Positions 27,063 to 39,652 of a DNA stretch of 64,000 nucleotides are shown in pieces. Location of the stretch: NCBI GenBank assembly GCA_964016885.1, contig OZ024752.1, forward strand, positions 9,362,001-9,426,000, read 5' to 3'. The notes below the pieces were generated by a model. The model worked only from the letters and a program-made list of their open reading frames with translations, was not told where the DNA came from and made no database searches. Numbering within the stretch: the first letter of the stretch is position 1; every line of letters starts with the position of its first letter. A program made the translations under genes and the position numbers. Origin of the DNA: Eledone cirrhosa (lineage: Eukaryota).

Positions 27063-27119
27063 TTTTATCTGATGAGAGCGTTCCAAAATTGTGGTACCCT
27101 TGAAATATATATAATAAAA
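27063..27119 (+). ncRNA. Diverged hammerhead motif, family B
   Basis: TTTTAT-CTGATGA-gagcgttcca/tggtaccctt-GAAA-TATATA-TA-ATAAAA; stem II weakened. Confidence 0.6.
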
Positions 27120-27157
27120 TAAATATGGTTTTATAAAGATAGTTTCTATGTATTAAT

Positions 27158-27243
<86 letters not shown>

Positions 27244-27462
27244 CGTAATCACATCTCTACCCACACATACACAGACATAGATAGATATAAAGAAAGTCAG
27301 TGACTCTATCGACAAAAGCGGTTATCTGAAGCAAGTAAAATTACCCCGATATTTGTTCTGAAGTATCATCCTGTTATATCGAATATAGAGATAAATTCCT
27401 TTTGCTTTGATGGGAAAGTCTGTCATGGGAGAGAATATCTGAGAAGGGAATCTATCTAGCTG

Positions 27463-27518
<56 letters not shown>

Positions 27519-27526
27519 CATATGTG

Positions 27527-27772
27527 CGTGGGCAATCCCAAAAGTAAGGTCTCCAAAGCGATGGGGACGCAGAGAAACTGTTCGTACGGCTGTTAGCAAC
27601 ACTGTTGTGATTGGTTCTTCCTTCACTCCCAAACAAGCATGCGCACGCTTCGCTGGGATGCTCAATCTTGGCTTGGCAGCCGTTGAGAATGGAGCTCCCG
27701 TTGAACGCTACCGCCAAGTGCGAATTTCGCGCAGTTATTCGGTTTTTGAACGCAAAAGGCGTTGAACCGATT
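27527..27772 (+). mobile_element. 5' fragment of a mariner-like transposon
   Basis: TIR-like start cgtgggcaatcccaaaagtaagg; ATG at 27689 gives MELPLNATAKCEFRAVIRFLNAKGVEPI, resembling the mariner N-terminal HTH. Confidence 0.7.
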
Positions 27773-28269
27773 CTTTGTTTACTAGTGTGTGTTTATATGT
27801 GTTTGTTGTTATTGCACTTGTACAAGAGTAATATTAGTAACAATGACAACAACAACAAAAACACCATAAACATCAACAACAACAATAACACCACCAGTAT
27901 CAACAACAACACCATCAACATCAACACCACCAACACCAGTACCAGCAACACCAACAACAACAACACCATCAACATCAACCAATATTAACTCCCCACAAAG
28001 ACCATATATTTATAGAACCAACAAAGAACTATGTGGTCGTTCAATTTACTCGAGGTAGCAACAAGTTCTGACTCAAATCCCACCCCATTTCCTTAAAAAG
28101 TAAGGACACGTTTGATAATATATTTCTAAAAGAATCATTAGAAGAATAGCCCCAGGTATGCCATCTGCAGGAAAAAGAAATAGTAAAGTATATACTAACA
28201 TACTTAATGTTTTGAATTATGTAATTTTAATTCATATTACAAGTGTAGCATGGTGAAAAATAACACCAT

Positions 28270-28425
28270 TATCTTCTTCTTCTTCGCCCAATTATTCCCG
28301 AAAGGGTCGTAGGGGCAGAGTCCTCAAACACGCCTTCCAGCGGCTCCTGTCATAAGCAAACGTCTCCAACTGATCCGGCTGGATCCCCAAGTGAGACCAA
28401 CCAAACTCATGGTTGTTATCCATTA
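28270..28425 (-). mobile_element. RTE-clade LINE 3' end with (AAG)n tail
   Basis: Homologous to 28618-28850 and 52651-52960; encodes ...CLRTLPLRP. Confidence 0.75.
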
Positions 28426-28617
28426 TCTTAACGAATAATTTTGATTATTATATGATTTTCTTGGTACATTATATCTGCATAAACAATGGGATGGTCACGG
28501 CTGTAACAGACTTTAGATGATAGATTTGCGTGTGAAACGTTGACCTGGTGATAAAGAACACCATGGACAATAACAAGAAAAATATATTTATATGACTACG
28601 GAGGAGTTTGAAGCTTC

Positions 28618-28940
28618 GATACTATGGGCTTGGGGTTAGAATGTCTAAGGAAAGAATAACTGGACAGATTTTAAGGGAAATACCAAACGGCAGGAGACCC
28701 AGAGATGGTTGGATAACATCTATGTGCTAGCTGGTCATACTTGGGGAACCAGTCGGACGAGTTGTAGACAGTTGCTTCTGACAGGACCAGCTGGAAGGAG
28801 TGTTTGAGGACTCTGCCCCCACGACCCTCTCAGGAATAAGTGGGCGAAGAAAAAGAAGAAAAAGAAAAAGAAAAAGAAAAAAGAAGAAAAAAAAAGAAAA
28901 AGAAAAAGAAAAAGAAAAAGAAAAAGAAAAAGAAAAAGAA
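28618..28940 (+). mobile_element. RTE-clade (Expander-like) LINE 3' fragment with A/G-rich tail
   Basis: Degenerate YG..VRM...GRRP...WLDNI...ASDR..WKECLRTLPPRP followed by (AAAAAG)n. Confidence 0.8.
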
Positions 28941-29837
28941 GGAGAAGGAGTTTGATGGCTTTCATAAGGATAATAGCGGTTGCAGCTGAGGTAGACAAAA
29001 GTGGTTTCGGTTGGTCACACAAGAAACATCATTGCTTGTTACGAGATGAGGCAATGGATGTGATAAATCAATAATATTGGAGAGGGTGGTGATGGGGAGA
29101 CTGTATCAGGTGCACTCGTTCTAGAACAATCTATAAGAAGACAGTTTACGTTAACAATTCAAGCAAATCTTTAAGGGTATGGAATAATATAATATATAAA
29201 ATTTCATTCTTTTTCCCTTTCTTTTACATTCTCTTTCATCTATTTCCTTCCCTTTCATCTCATTCCCATAATACACCGCGCAGTAAATATTTCTTAGTGA
29301 CAATAATTGAACAATAACCATTGTTAGAAATAGCAGTCAAATCTTTCTTAAACCCAGGCCTCTATCGTATATAAACAGTACACAGTAGATAAGTGAGGCA
29401 TTGATACAGTGTCTGAAGAACAAACAAACAGGTTAAATGGTCACGGCTGGAGCGCTTTTACGATAATTTGGTTTCATTTGTTGCAACTGGGTATTGTCAA
29501 TGTTTGTGTGTGTATACATATATATATATATACATATATATATACATATATATACATATACATATATATACATATATATATATACATATACATATATATA
29601 CATATATATATACATATATATATACATATATATATACATATATATACATATATATACATATATATATACATATATATATACATATATATACATATATATA
29701 TACATATATATATATACATACATACATATATATACATATATATATATACATACATATATATACATATATATATATACATACATACATATATATACATATA
29801 TATATATACATACATATATATACATATATATATATAC

Positions 29838-29874
<37 letters not shown>

Positions 29875-30027
29875 CATATATATATATACATATATATATA
29901 TACATACATATATATACATATACATATATATACATATATATACATATATATACATATATATATATACATACATACATATATATACATATATATATATACA
30001 TACATATATATACATATATATATATAC

Positions 30028-30064
<37 letters not shown>

Positions 30065-30155
30065 CATATATATATATACATATATATATATACATACATA
30101 TATATACATATATATATATACATATATATACATATATATACATACATATATATAC

Positions 30156-30192
<37 letters not shown>

Positions 30193-30429
30193 CATATATA
30201 TACATACATATACATATATATATATATACATATATATACATATATATACATACATATACATATATATATATACATATATATACATATATATACATATATA
30301 TACATATACATATATATACATATATATACATATATATACATATATATACATACATATATATACATATAAATATATACATATATATATACACATATATACA
30401 TATATATATACACATATATATATATACAC

Positions 30430-30480
<51 letters not shown>

Positions 30481-30528
30481 CATATAAATATACATATATA
30501 TATATACATATATATATATACATATACA

Positions 30529-30586
<58 letters not shown>

Positions 30587-30641
30587 CATATATATACATA
30601 TATACATATATATATATATATACATATATATACATATATAC

Positions 30642-30673
<32 letters not shown>

Positions 30674-30684
30674 GTGTATATATA

Positions 30685-31298
30685 CATGGTGGCTGCCAAC
30701 TCGTTTTCGAGTACGGCCACTACTTTATATCCATGTAGGAGAACTCCTACCGATGTGCTGAACGAGTGTGACTTTTTAGTCCAGCCAGCGACTTGAAAAC
30801 GCTGGTACAAACACTACACTTGTGACAATTATTGACACATAGTGCTGGACCCATGGTACCATGTGATGACAAGTGCAGAGAGATCTCCAGATATAAAGCA
30901 ATGCCTGTGCTGTGAAGCTTTTATAGTGAGCAAAGGCACTGCACAAAGCCAGTCCCACTCTCTTAACCAAGATGATATTTACCAAAAAGAAGAACAAGTC
31001 AACATCATTGGATACCATCAGGGTTGGAGGTGTTATATCTCAGAGTTTTCCTTCTCCTAGAATTCTGCCTTGACAAAGGCTAAGGGGTCATCTCTCCCGG
31101 TAATTTTGGATGGCCATTGCCTCTTAAGAGCTCCTTTGCCCTCTGACAGGTTTTGTTTTTAGTCCTGCAGGATGTCCAAAGTCACCCTCCTCACCAAGAA
31201 ACCTTAGTGGGGTTGCCAGTTTAGTCGCCAACGACCCGACCATGGGACAGGTTGTACTGGGATACATGTTACCAGTAGCACCAAGTGGTGACCTGACA
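30685..31298 (-). mobile_element. Longest family H RTE-derived element
   Basis: High identity to 5866-6462, extends to 5' TGTCAGGTCAC, flanked by TA/CA microsatellite. Confidence 0.85.
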
Positions 31299-31489
31299 TA
31301 TATATATATATACACACATATATATATATACACATATATATATATACATATATATATGTATATATATGTATATATATGTATATATATATATGTATATATA
31401 TACATATATATATATAAACATATATATACATATACATATAAATATACATATATATACATATACATATATATACATATATATATATATTG

Positions 31490-31556
<67 letters not shown>

Positions 31557-31567
31557 TATATACACAC

Positions 31568-31598
<31 letters not shown>

Positions 31599-31735
31599 CA
31601 TACATATATATGTGTATATATATACACACATATATATATATACATATATACACATATATATATATATACATATATATATACATATATATATACATATATA
31701 TATATATACATTTATATATATAATATACACACATA

Positions 31736-31769
<34 letters not shown>

Positions 31770-31845
31770 AAAATGAAAGTATAGAAATTATTGTGAGCGT
31801 GAAGCCAACAGTATTTCATAATATATATATATATACACACACATA

Positions 31846-31918
<73 letters not shown>

Positions 31919-32225
31919 AGAATATTTTAGAAACACCGAGTGGGTTTGAAATTATTAGAAATGTAAGCTATCGCCGTATCTTGACTAAAGAAATTAAAGA
32001 AATTATTTACCCTGATAGTGGGGTTAAGAACCCTCGGAGAAATGAAAAAAGATGAGTATTGACGTACATACTCATCTTTATATATAATATAAATATATAT
32101 ATATATAGAGAGAGATTTTGAGTATATGTTGGTTGTATACCAACACCTCAGTATGCAGGCTGGAGCACTCGACGAAGTGCGCAGGTTGGTTTGGTTACTC
32201 CGGAGTAATGTAAAATAAAGTTAAA

Positions 32226-32552
32226 TAAAAAGTCAAATGTTTAAAATTTAGCTTCGTTTATTACTGCTATATATATTTCGGTGACAGCCATCTTTGGCTG
32301 TGACCTCTTCAGGCAGTCCGAATTAGTGTGGTAGAGACGAGTACACATGTTGTTGAGGTGTATAACTTTGTCAATACTCTGATATGTCCAGTTCCTGGTT
32401 GGGTTGTTATTTCACTGAGGAACTGGAATCATATGATTCCAGTTCCTCAGTGAAATTCGGACTGCCTGAAGAGGTCACAGCCAAAGATGGCTGTCACCGA
32501 AATATATATAACAGTAATAAACGAAGCTAAATTTTAAACATTTGACTTTTTA
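32226..32552. repeat. Inverted repeat with ~99-bp arms and a nested perfect hairpin at 32409-32456, family C
   Basis: 32226-32324 is the reverse complement of 32454-32552. Confidence 0.92.
32263..32317 (-). ncRNA. Minimal hammerhead ribozyme, family C (mirror copy + 32461-32515)
   Basis: ACTGC-CTGAAGA-ggtcacagcca aaga tggctgtcacc-GAAA-TATATA-TA-GCAGT, then AATAAA. Confidence 0.85.
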
Positions 32553-32703
32553 TATATATATATATAATTAGAAAGTGAACAACACAAAATATAGTATAGT
32601 AGTTATATTTGTGCTGTTTACTTTCTAATTAAATAGCTCTGTTCTATACATAGAGCACTCTTTTTTCCTTTGCTTTTCCTTCGGAATTACCTAACACAGC
32701 TAA

Positions 32704-32751
<48 letters not shown>

Positions 32752-32756
32752 TATAT

Positions 32757-32951
32757 GAACAGAATCAGGACCCCGACGACTGAGCCCCGGCCGTTTCTAC
32801 AGCTAGATCAGAAAGGTTCGGATCTAGCTGTGGAAACGGCCGGAGGTCTGCCGTCGGGGTCCTGACTCTTTTCCTATTACCCACTCTACTACTCTAAGTA
32901 TAGAATACTCTGGTGCGTTATGGTTCATCTGGTATCTTACCACACCTTCTT

Positions 32952-32955
<4 letters not shown>
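32757..32955. mobile_element. Fold-back repeat family F (other copies 56859-56918, 58575-58690, 58981-59165, 60560-60762)
   Basis: Shared ~200-bp sequence (GGACCCCGACGGCTGA..CCGGCCGTTTCGACAGCTAGATC) folded back on itself in three copies. Confidence 0.8.
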
Positions 32956-33014
<59 letters not shown>

Positions 33015-33164
33015 TAGAAAGATCGAGTATCGAAAAATCGGCGCACGAGTTCACGATAAACAATATTCGAAATGAGCGGCAGAGGGCTCAATAATTCAGA
33101 TGATATATATATATAATATAGAAAGGCTTCTACAGGAGTAGAAATGTTTCATTATTGTTAGTAA

Positions 33165-33350
33165 TACATACTAACACATACTAGTAAATACTAATACATA
33201 CTAGTACATACTAATACACACTAACACAAACTAACACATACTAGTAAATACTAATACGTACTAGTACGTACTAATACATACTAATTCATAATAATACACA
33301 CTAACACATACTAACACATACTACTACATACTAATACATACTAATATATT
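33165..33350. repeat. 10-bp tandem repeat (CTAATACATA-like)
   Basis: About 18 units. Confidence 0.9.
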
Positions 33351-33961
33351 CAATCAATGAAAAAACAATGAATCCTCCATTTTCTTGTTAGTCTTAGAAA
33401 CATTATAATATATTGAACAGATCGATAATTATACGTTATTGAATTGAAAATAATCCAATATAGACAGTTCTTTATTTCCGAGGTAGCTGTATAAGATGAT
33501 AATCGAACGGAGAAGAATTATCTGATAGAAAATACATTTTGTTTCCCAATTTAAGATTCACCGATTAGTGATCAAACGGAATAAATGTGAGGTCTGTATT
33601 ACGTATATATATATATATATGTGTGTGTATAGATGTATATATATATGTGTTTGTGTATATGTATAGATTTATATATGTGTATATATGTATATATGTATTA
33701 TTCAAATATGTATGTACATATATATAAGTGTATATATGTATATATGCATGTATGTATATATGCATGTATGTTTATATACATATATACATATATCTATATA
33801 TGTATATATGTATATATGTATATATACATATTCGTTTATATACATATATGTATATATACATATATGTATATATACATATACGTTTATATACATATATATA
33901 TATATGTATATATACATATTCCTTTATATACATATGTGTAAATATGTATATATACATATAC

Positions 33962-34000
<39 letters not shown>

Positions 34001-34574
34001 TGTATATATGTTTATATGCGTATATGTATATATGCATATATAAATATATGTATATATGTATGAATCACTTTCTATGAGTGCATTAATGTATGTATATATA
34101 TGTATATATTCATATATTCGGGTGTATATATATAAATACCTATTTACATACATACACAAACACGTATACACACACACATATATATATATATATATACCCA
34201 CACAAACACATACACAAACATATATATATATAGGTGAATACATTCATATATAAATGTATACCGTGCTGAATACATACACATATATACACAAACATAAAGC
34301 TTTACATATCATAAACATATACATACAAACATATATGTATCTTTACACACACACACACACATACATATATACACATATATACACACACGTGAATACATTC
34401 ATATATACATACTTGCATACCGTGCTGATACGCATACACATATATACACATACTGAACGCTTTACGTATTCTCATAAACATATACGTACACACATATATG
34501 TATCTTTACACACACACACATATATATATATACAATGTATTAACAAATGGAAACTATATTTATAAAACCATATT

Positions 34575-34640
34575 TATTTCATTATACATATTTCAAGGGC
34601 CACCAGAGCAAACTATGGTGCGCTTTCATCAGATAAAATA
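34575..34640 (-). ncRNA. Minimal hammerhead ribozyme, family B
   Basis: Minus strand TATTTTAT-CTGATGA-aagcgcacca...tggtggccctt-GAAA-TATGTA-TA-ATGAAATA. Confidence 0.8.
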
Positions 34641-34827
34641 TAATATAGGTTAGTTTTATAAATAAATATTGACATACCCTTAAAAAATGCAACCATTCTG
34701 GTTGGAATCTCCTGGACAGTGGAGTTAGATTTATTGTTGGTTTATTATGCAAATTAGTGTTGGAAAGGTTGAGTGCTTTATATCAGTTATAAAAATATTT
34801 AGCTTGTATCCCAACAAATTAAATATA

Positions 34828-34911
<84 letters not shown>

Positions 34912-35056
34912 ACGTGAATACATTCATTCATATATACATACATGCATACCGTGCTGATACACATACAAATACACACACAATCATACATATACTGAAAGCT
35001 TTACATATTCTCATAAACATATAGGTATAAAGATATATGTATGTTAACAGAGACTA

Positions 35057-35130
<74 letters not shown>

Positions 35131-35184
35131 AAATACATTCTTATATACATACATGTATACCGTGCTGAATACATACATACACAT

Positions 35185-35251
35185 ACTGAAGCTTTACGTA
35201 TTCTCATAAACATATAGGTATAAAGATATATGTATGTGTATGTACACATAC

Positions 35252-35298
<47 letters not shown>

Positions 35299-35763
35299 GA
35301 GGTTATATTTAATTTGTTGGGATTCAACAAGCTTAAACATTTTTATAACTGATATAAAGCACTCAACAGCTGAGGGGAGTAAATACACAATATATTAATA
35401 AATGGAAACTATATTTATTTTATTATACATATTTCAAGGGCCACCAAGGCAAATTATGGTGCGCTTTCATCAGATAAAATACAGATTTGTTTTATAAATA
35501 AATATTGACATACCCGGAAGCTCCAACCGCTAAGGTTGTTTTTTCCGGGTATGTCAATATTTATTTATAAAACAAATCTGTATTTTATCTGATGAAAGCG
35601 CACCATAATTTGCCTTGGTGGCCCTTGAAATATGTATAATAAAATAAATATAGTTTCCATTTATTAATATATTGTGTATTTACTCCCCTCAGCTGTTGAG
35701 TGCTTTATATCAGTTATATAAATGTTTAAGCTTGTTGAATCCCAACAAATTAAATATAACCTC

Positions 35764-35830
<67 letters not shown>

Positions 35831-35902
35831 GTGTGCGTACATAAAAATACATATATTTTTATACCTATATGTATGTTTATGAGAATACGTAAAACTTTCA
35901 GT
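35185..35902. repeat. ~720-bp palindrome of family B with hammerheads at 35416-35481 (-) and 35581-35646 (+)
   Basis: Near-perfect arms 35295-35519 / 35543-35767; symmetry continues through the (TA)n tracts into more diverged flanks. Confidence 0.92.
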
Positions 35903-35931
35903 CTATGTATGTATGTGTGTGCATGTGTATG

Positions 35932-36232
35932 TGAAGAACCCCTAGCCCTTGTCAGGGCTTTCTTCTAGGAGAAGGCAACTCAGGAAACTGGGATAACTCC
36001 GATATAAAACCTGCGGCTCAGTAGTAACCGATGATGTTGATCGTTTCTTCTTTTCGGGTTACAGCTACTGTCGCTCAGAGAGTGGGATTGGCTCAGTGCA
36101 CAGTCTTTCCTTACATTAAAAAATATCTTCACGCACAGGCATTGCACGATAGAATTAATTAATAATTATTAATAATGGTATATCGTGCAATGGCCATACT
36201 CGATAACGAGGGGGCAGCCATCATCATCATCA
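35932..36232 (+). mobile_element. RTE-derived bipartite short element, sister of family H, with (ATC)n tail
   Basis: Shares CTAGGAGAAGG, GATGTTGA..TTCTTCTTTT, AGAGAGTGGGA, GCACAGGCATTGC and the 3' TGGCC.TACTCG....CGAG..GGCAGCCA with family H. Confidence 0.7.
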
Positions 36233-36421
36233 TATATATATGTATCAGCACGGTATGCATGTATGTATATATGAATGTATTCACGTATATATATATACGT
36301 GAATACATTCATATATATATATATATATACGTGAATACATTCATATGTACATACATGCATACCGTGCTGATACACACACATTCTCATAAACGTATATGTA
36401 GAAAGATATATGTATCTTTAT

Positions 36422-36459
<38 letters not shown>

Positions 36460-36467
36460 TATTATGT

Positions 36468-36867
36468 GAAGGCGCATGGCTTAGTGGTTAGAGCATTGGG
36501 CTTGCAATCGAAAGGTTTGAGTTCAATTCTCGGACCGTGTGATGTGTTGTTTCCTTGAGCAAGACACTTTATTTCACGTTGCTCCAGTTTACTCAGCTGA
36601 AAATGAGTAGCAGCAATAGCTGGAGGATTAAACATGCGATGGACTGGCATCCTGTCCAGGGGGAGTCTTGTACTCTGTCGCTTCACGCCATGAAACCGAG
36701 ATAAGCACCGGCCAAATGAGCCTTCTGGCTTAAGACAGACTTTAGACTTACGGCCTGCCCGCCCAGCCAGTGGGATGGCGTCATCGTATGGCTAAAACAG
36801 CACGTGCTGTGACCAGCGGTGCCGAAGAGCGGCCGACAGACTGGTCGGTGAAGGTGATCAAGGTGAT
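36468..36867 (+). mobile_element. tRNA-derived SINE, family S2 (fragment at 60237-60282)
   Basis: A-box TGGCTTAGTGG, B-box GAGTTCAATTC, then CCTTGAGCAAGACAC and TGCGATGGACTGGCATCCTGTCCAGGGG, central motifs resembling CORE/V-type SINEs. Confidence 0.8.
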
Positions 36868-36869
36868 AT

Positions 36870-37249
36870 ATATTATTCAAAATATTAACAAATGAAAGAT
36901 ATTCTCATAATCAAAATATATACTTTATTATATATATTTCAGAGGTACTGTGTTGTTTTTTCAGTACGTTTTCATCATACAAAATATATGATTTGATATA
37001 TGACATACCGCTATAGTTTTGATTGTTCAATTCCAGTATTGGCAGTATCTGCCAATACTGGAATTCCAGTATCTGCCAATACTGGAATTGAATAATCAAG
37101 TCCGTAGCGGTATGCCTCCTATATCAAATCATATATTTTGTCTGATGAAGACGTACTGAAAAACAACACAGTACCTCTGAAATATATATAATAAAGTATA
37201 TATTTTGATTATGCGAATATGTTTCATTTGTTAATATTTTCAATAATAT
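36870..37249. repeat. ~380-bp imperfect palindrome, family D
   Basis: Arms pair around a rearranged centre (CCAGTATTGGCAG / CTGCCAATACTGG twice). Confidence 0.9.
37131..37201 (+). ncRNA. Minimal hammerhead ribozyme, family D
   Basis: ATATATTTTGT-CTGATGA-agacgtactg/cagtacctct-GAAA-TATATA-TA-ATAAAGTATAT: 11-bp stem I with two G-U pairs. Confidence 0.85.
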
Positions 37250-38382
37250 TAAAAACTCCAGGAAAACGTTTTACTGTTGAGTGCTTCTAATCTATTGTAA
37301 ACTTGTATTCATTGAGTATTCAACGAACCATATTAATCTTTGGTCATATATATATATATATATATATATTGCTTAAACTTTAATCTGTTATTTTAATAAA
37401 TAAATATATATATATTTATTTATTTATGAAAATAACAGATTAAAGTTTAAGCAAAGATCCCGTTAGGGGTGAAAGCAGCGATTCTTTGTTTAAACTTTAA
37501 TCTGTTATTTAAATAAATATTTGCTCTACGGTTCTTATATATTTATCCTTATCGAGTCCTCTTTGGATTTTAGTCTTCAAATTTATTATTATTACCTTAA
37601 CACTTCACACAAAGTAAAATATTTCGTTTTAATCATTTTTTAAACCAGAAAAAAGAGAGAAATAAATAAAAAGGGAAAAAAATATATTTTTCTTCCTAAT
37701 AATCGTCTTTTTCTCCCTGTTTTTATATATATATATACGCGAATGTATTCATATATACAAACGTACCGTGCCGAATACAAACACCTATACACATACTAAA
37801 CGCTTTACGTATTCTAATAAGCATATAGGTAGAAAGATATATCTATGTTAACATGGGGACGTTTTGACACTTAATATGGCCGCCACCTCATACTACCATA
37901 AAAAACATCGATCCAGAAACATATATTCTGTTGATAGGTGATCTAAATTTCCTTCAGCGAAACAAGTCAGAAAAGATTACAAATGAGATTTTCACAGCTG
38001 AACGAAATAGTCGTGCGAGCTCTCCTCTAAATGAGAAAAAAAGTTAGAAAAGTTTTCTTTCAATACAGATTATTTTGCAAACTATCGTGGGTTTTTTCTT
38101 TTTCTTTACAAATAATGAATTCTTTGTTCATGACATAAGTGAATAATAGACGGGTGACTGAGTAGGCGTATTCTATATCTAGCTGGGCCTTAGGCACATT
38201 GTTGCAAACCTTATACATACTCTAGAGCAGAGGCTCTCAAACTTTTAGGGCCGCAACCCACCCTCACCCCCTCATGGCCATGTAATACCCTCAGCGCCCT
38301 CACCCCAACCCTATTTTGAGAGAGACCTACCTACACACAAATTGTAAATAATATATAGTAAATAAAATCGTTAATTTATATA

Positions 38383-39262
38383 CGAGGTGTGTCATAAAAG
38401 TTCCAGGACTGATGTCACAAAAAGATTTATTTCAAACTCAAACTTCACACTAAGAGTTTTCTCCTTCAAAGTAATCCCCCCGGAGTATGTAACTGTAATC
38501 TTAGCTCTCTGCAGCAATCAAACTTTTTTCTTCATAATTTTATATACATTTCCTGTTTCAGGTCGTCAAGCAATGAGCACAGAGCAACGAACAAACTTGA
38601 AGTTTCTGGTACGGTTGGGGAAAACTCCGCTGCAGCAAGTGTATGGAGATGAGACGATATCACGCTCACGTGTTTTTGAGTGGTGCAAGAGGTTTAAAGA
38701 AGGACGCGAGGACGTGGAAGATGACCCCAGGAGCGGAAGGCCCTCAACAACCAGGACTGAGGTCAACGTTGAGCGCGTCAGGCAGATGGTGCGTAGCGAT
38801 CCTCAGCTGACTGTTCGACTGATGGCAAATGAGCTGGGCATGAATCAGGACAGCGTCTGGAAGATTCTCACTGAAGATTTGGACATGCGGAAAGTCTGCG
38901 CGGAGATGGTGCCAAAACTGCTGAACGATGACCAGAATGGTCGACGCATGCAAGTGTGCCAGGACATCCTCGAGCGTCTTGAAACCGAACCAGACTTGCT
39001 AGGGACAGTCATGGATCTTCGAGTACGACCAGGAGAAGACCCGTGTTGAAGACATGGACGACATACAAAGGCCGTGACGACGGAACTGCGGAGGATCCCG
39101 GAAGAATTCTTCCAGGAGTGCATGCAAGCGTGGCAGAAAAGGATGGAAAAGTGCATTAGACTCCAGGGGGGTTACTTTGAAGGAGAAAAGTCCTAGTGTG
39201 AAGTTTGGGTTTGAAATAAATCTTTTGTGACATCAGTCCTGGAACTTTTCTGACACACCTCG
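38383..39262 (+). mobile_element. Internally deleted mariner transposon with TA target duplication
   Basis: Ends TA|CGAGGTGTGTCA...TGACACACCTCG|TA; inverted repeats ~38383-38488 and ~39160-39262. Confidence 0.93.
38573..39196 (+). pseudogene. Mariner transposase remnant
   Basis: MSTEQRTNLKFLVRLGK...RVFEWCKRFKEGRED..DDPRSGRP...RKVCAEMVPKLL; most of the DDD domain deleted; C-terminus WQKRMEKCIRLQGGYFEGEKS* in another frame. Confidence 0.92.
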
Positions 39263-39291
39263 TATAATAAGTAATATAACACACATCACAC

Positions 39292-39545
39292 AAAAAACAA
39301 GATGGTGTTGGATAGAACAAAGGTGAGACACAAAATAAAAACCTAGTCAGAAAGAGCTTTGACAATATATAAACAACCATCTGGTTATCGAACCAACCAA
39401 CCAGAAATTTATAATAAATTGAAGTGAAAACCAACAGGTGCATGTGTTTTTATTGGCAGCATGACCCTCCCAAAATATAACAATATCTGTTTCAACACAC
39501 GTTTTCAGATATGAAATCTTGCAAAATAAATTCAAAAACGAATTA
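39292..39545 (+). mobile_element. Family G element lacking the ribozyme core
   Basis: Reverse-complement homology to 8891-9215. Confidence 0.75.
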
Positions 39546-39652
39546 TATATATATGCTATGTATAAATAAATGTTATATATTTTTTATTTTACTATATTTA
39601 TATATAATATCTATCATTTGATATTTAATATACTATTAGATCATTTCTACTA

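Noticed and set aside
36468-36545. tRNA gene
   Set aside because: A and B boxes are present, but there is no proper cloverleaf and it continues into SINE body sequence.
38228-38320. hAT-like terminus CAGAGGCTCTCAAAC (similar on the minus strand near 39926-39940)
   Set aside because: Only short terminal similarity; I could not establish a matched pair with a target duplication.
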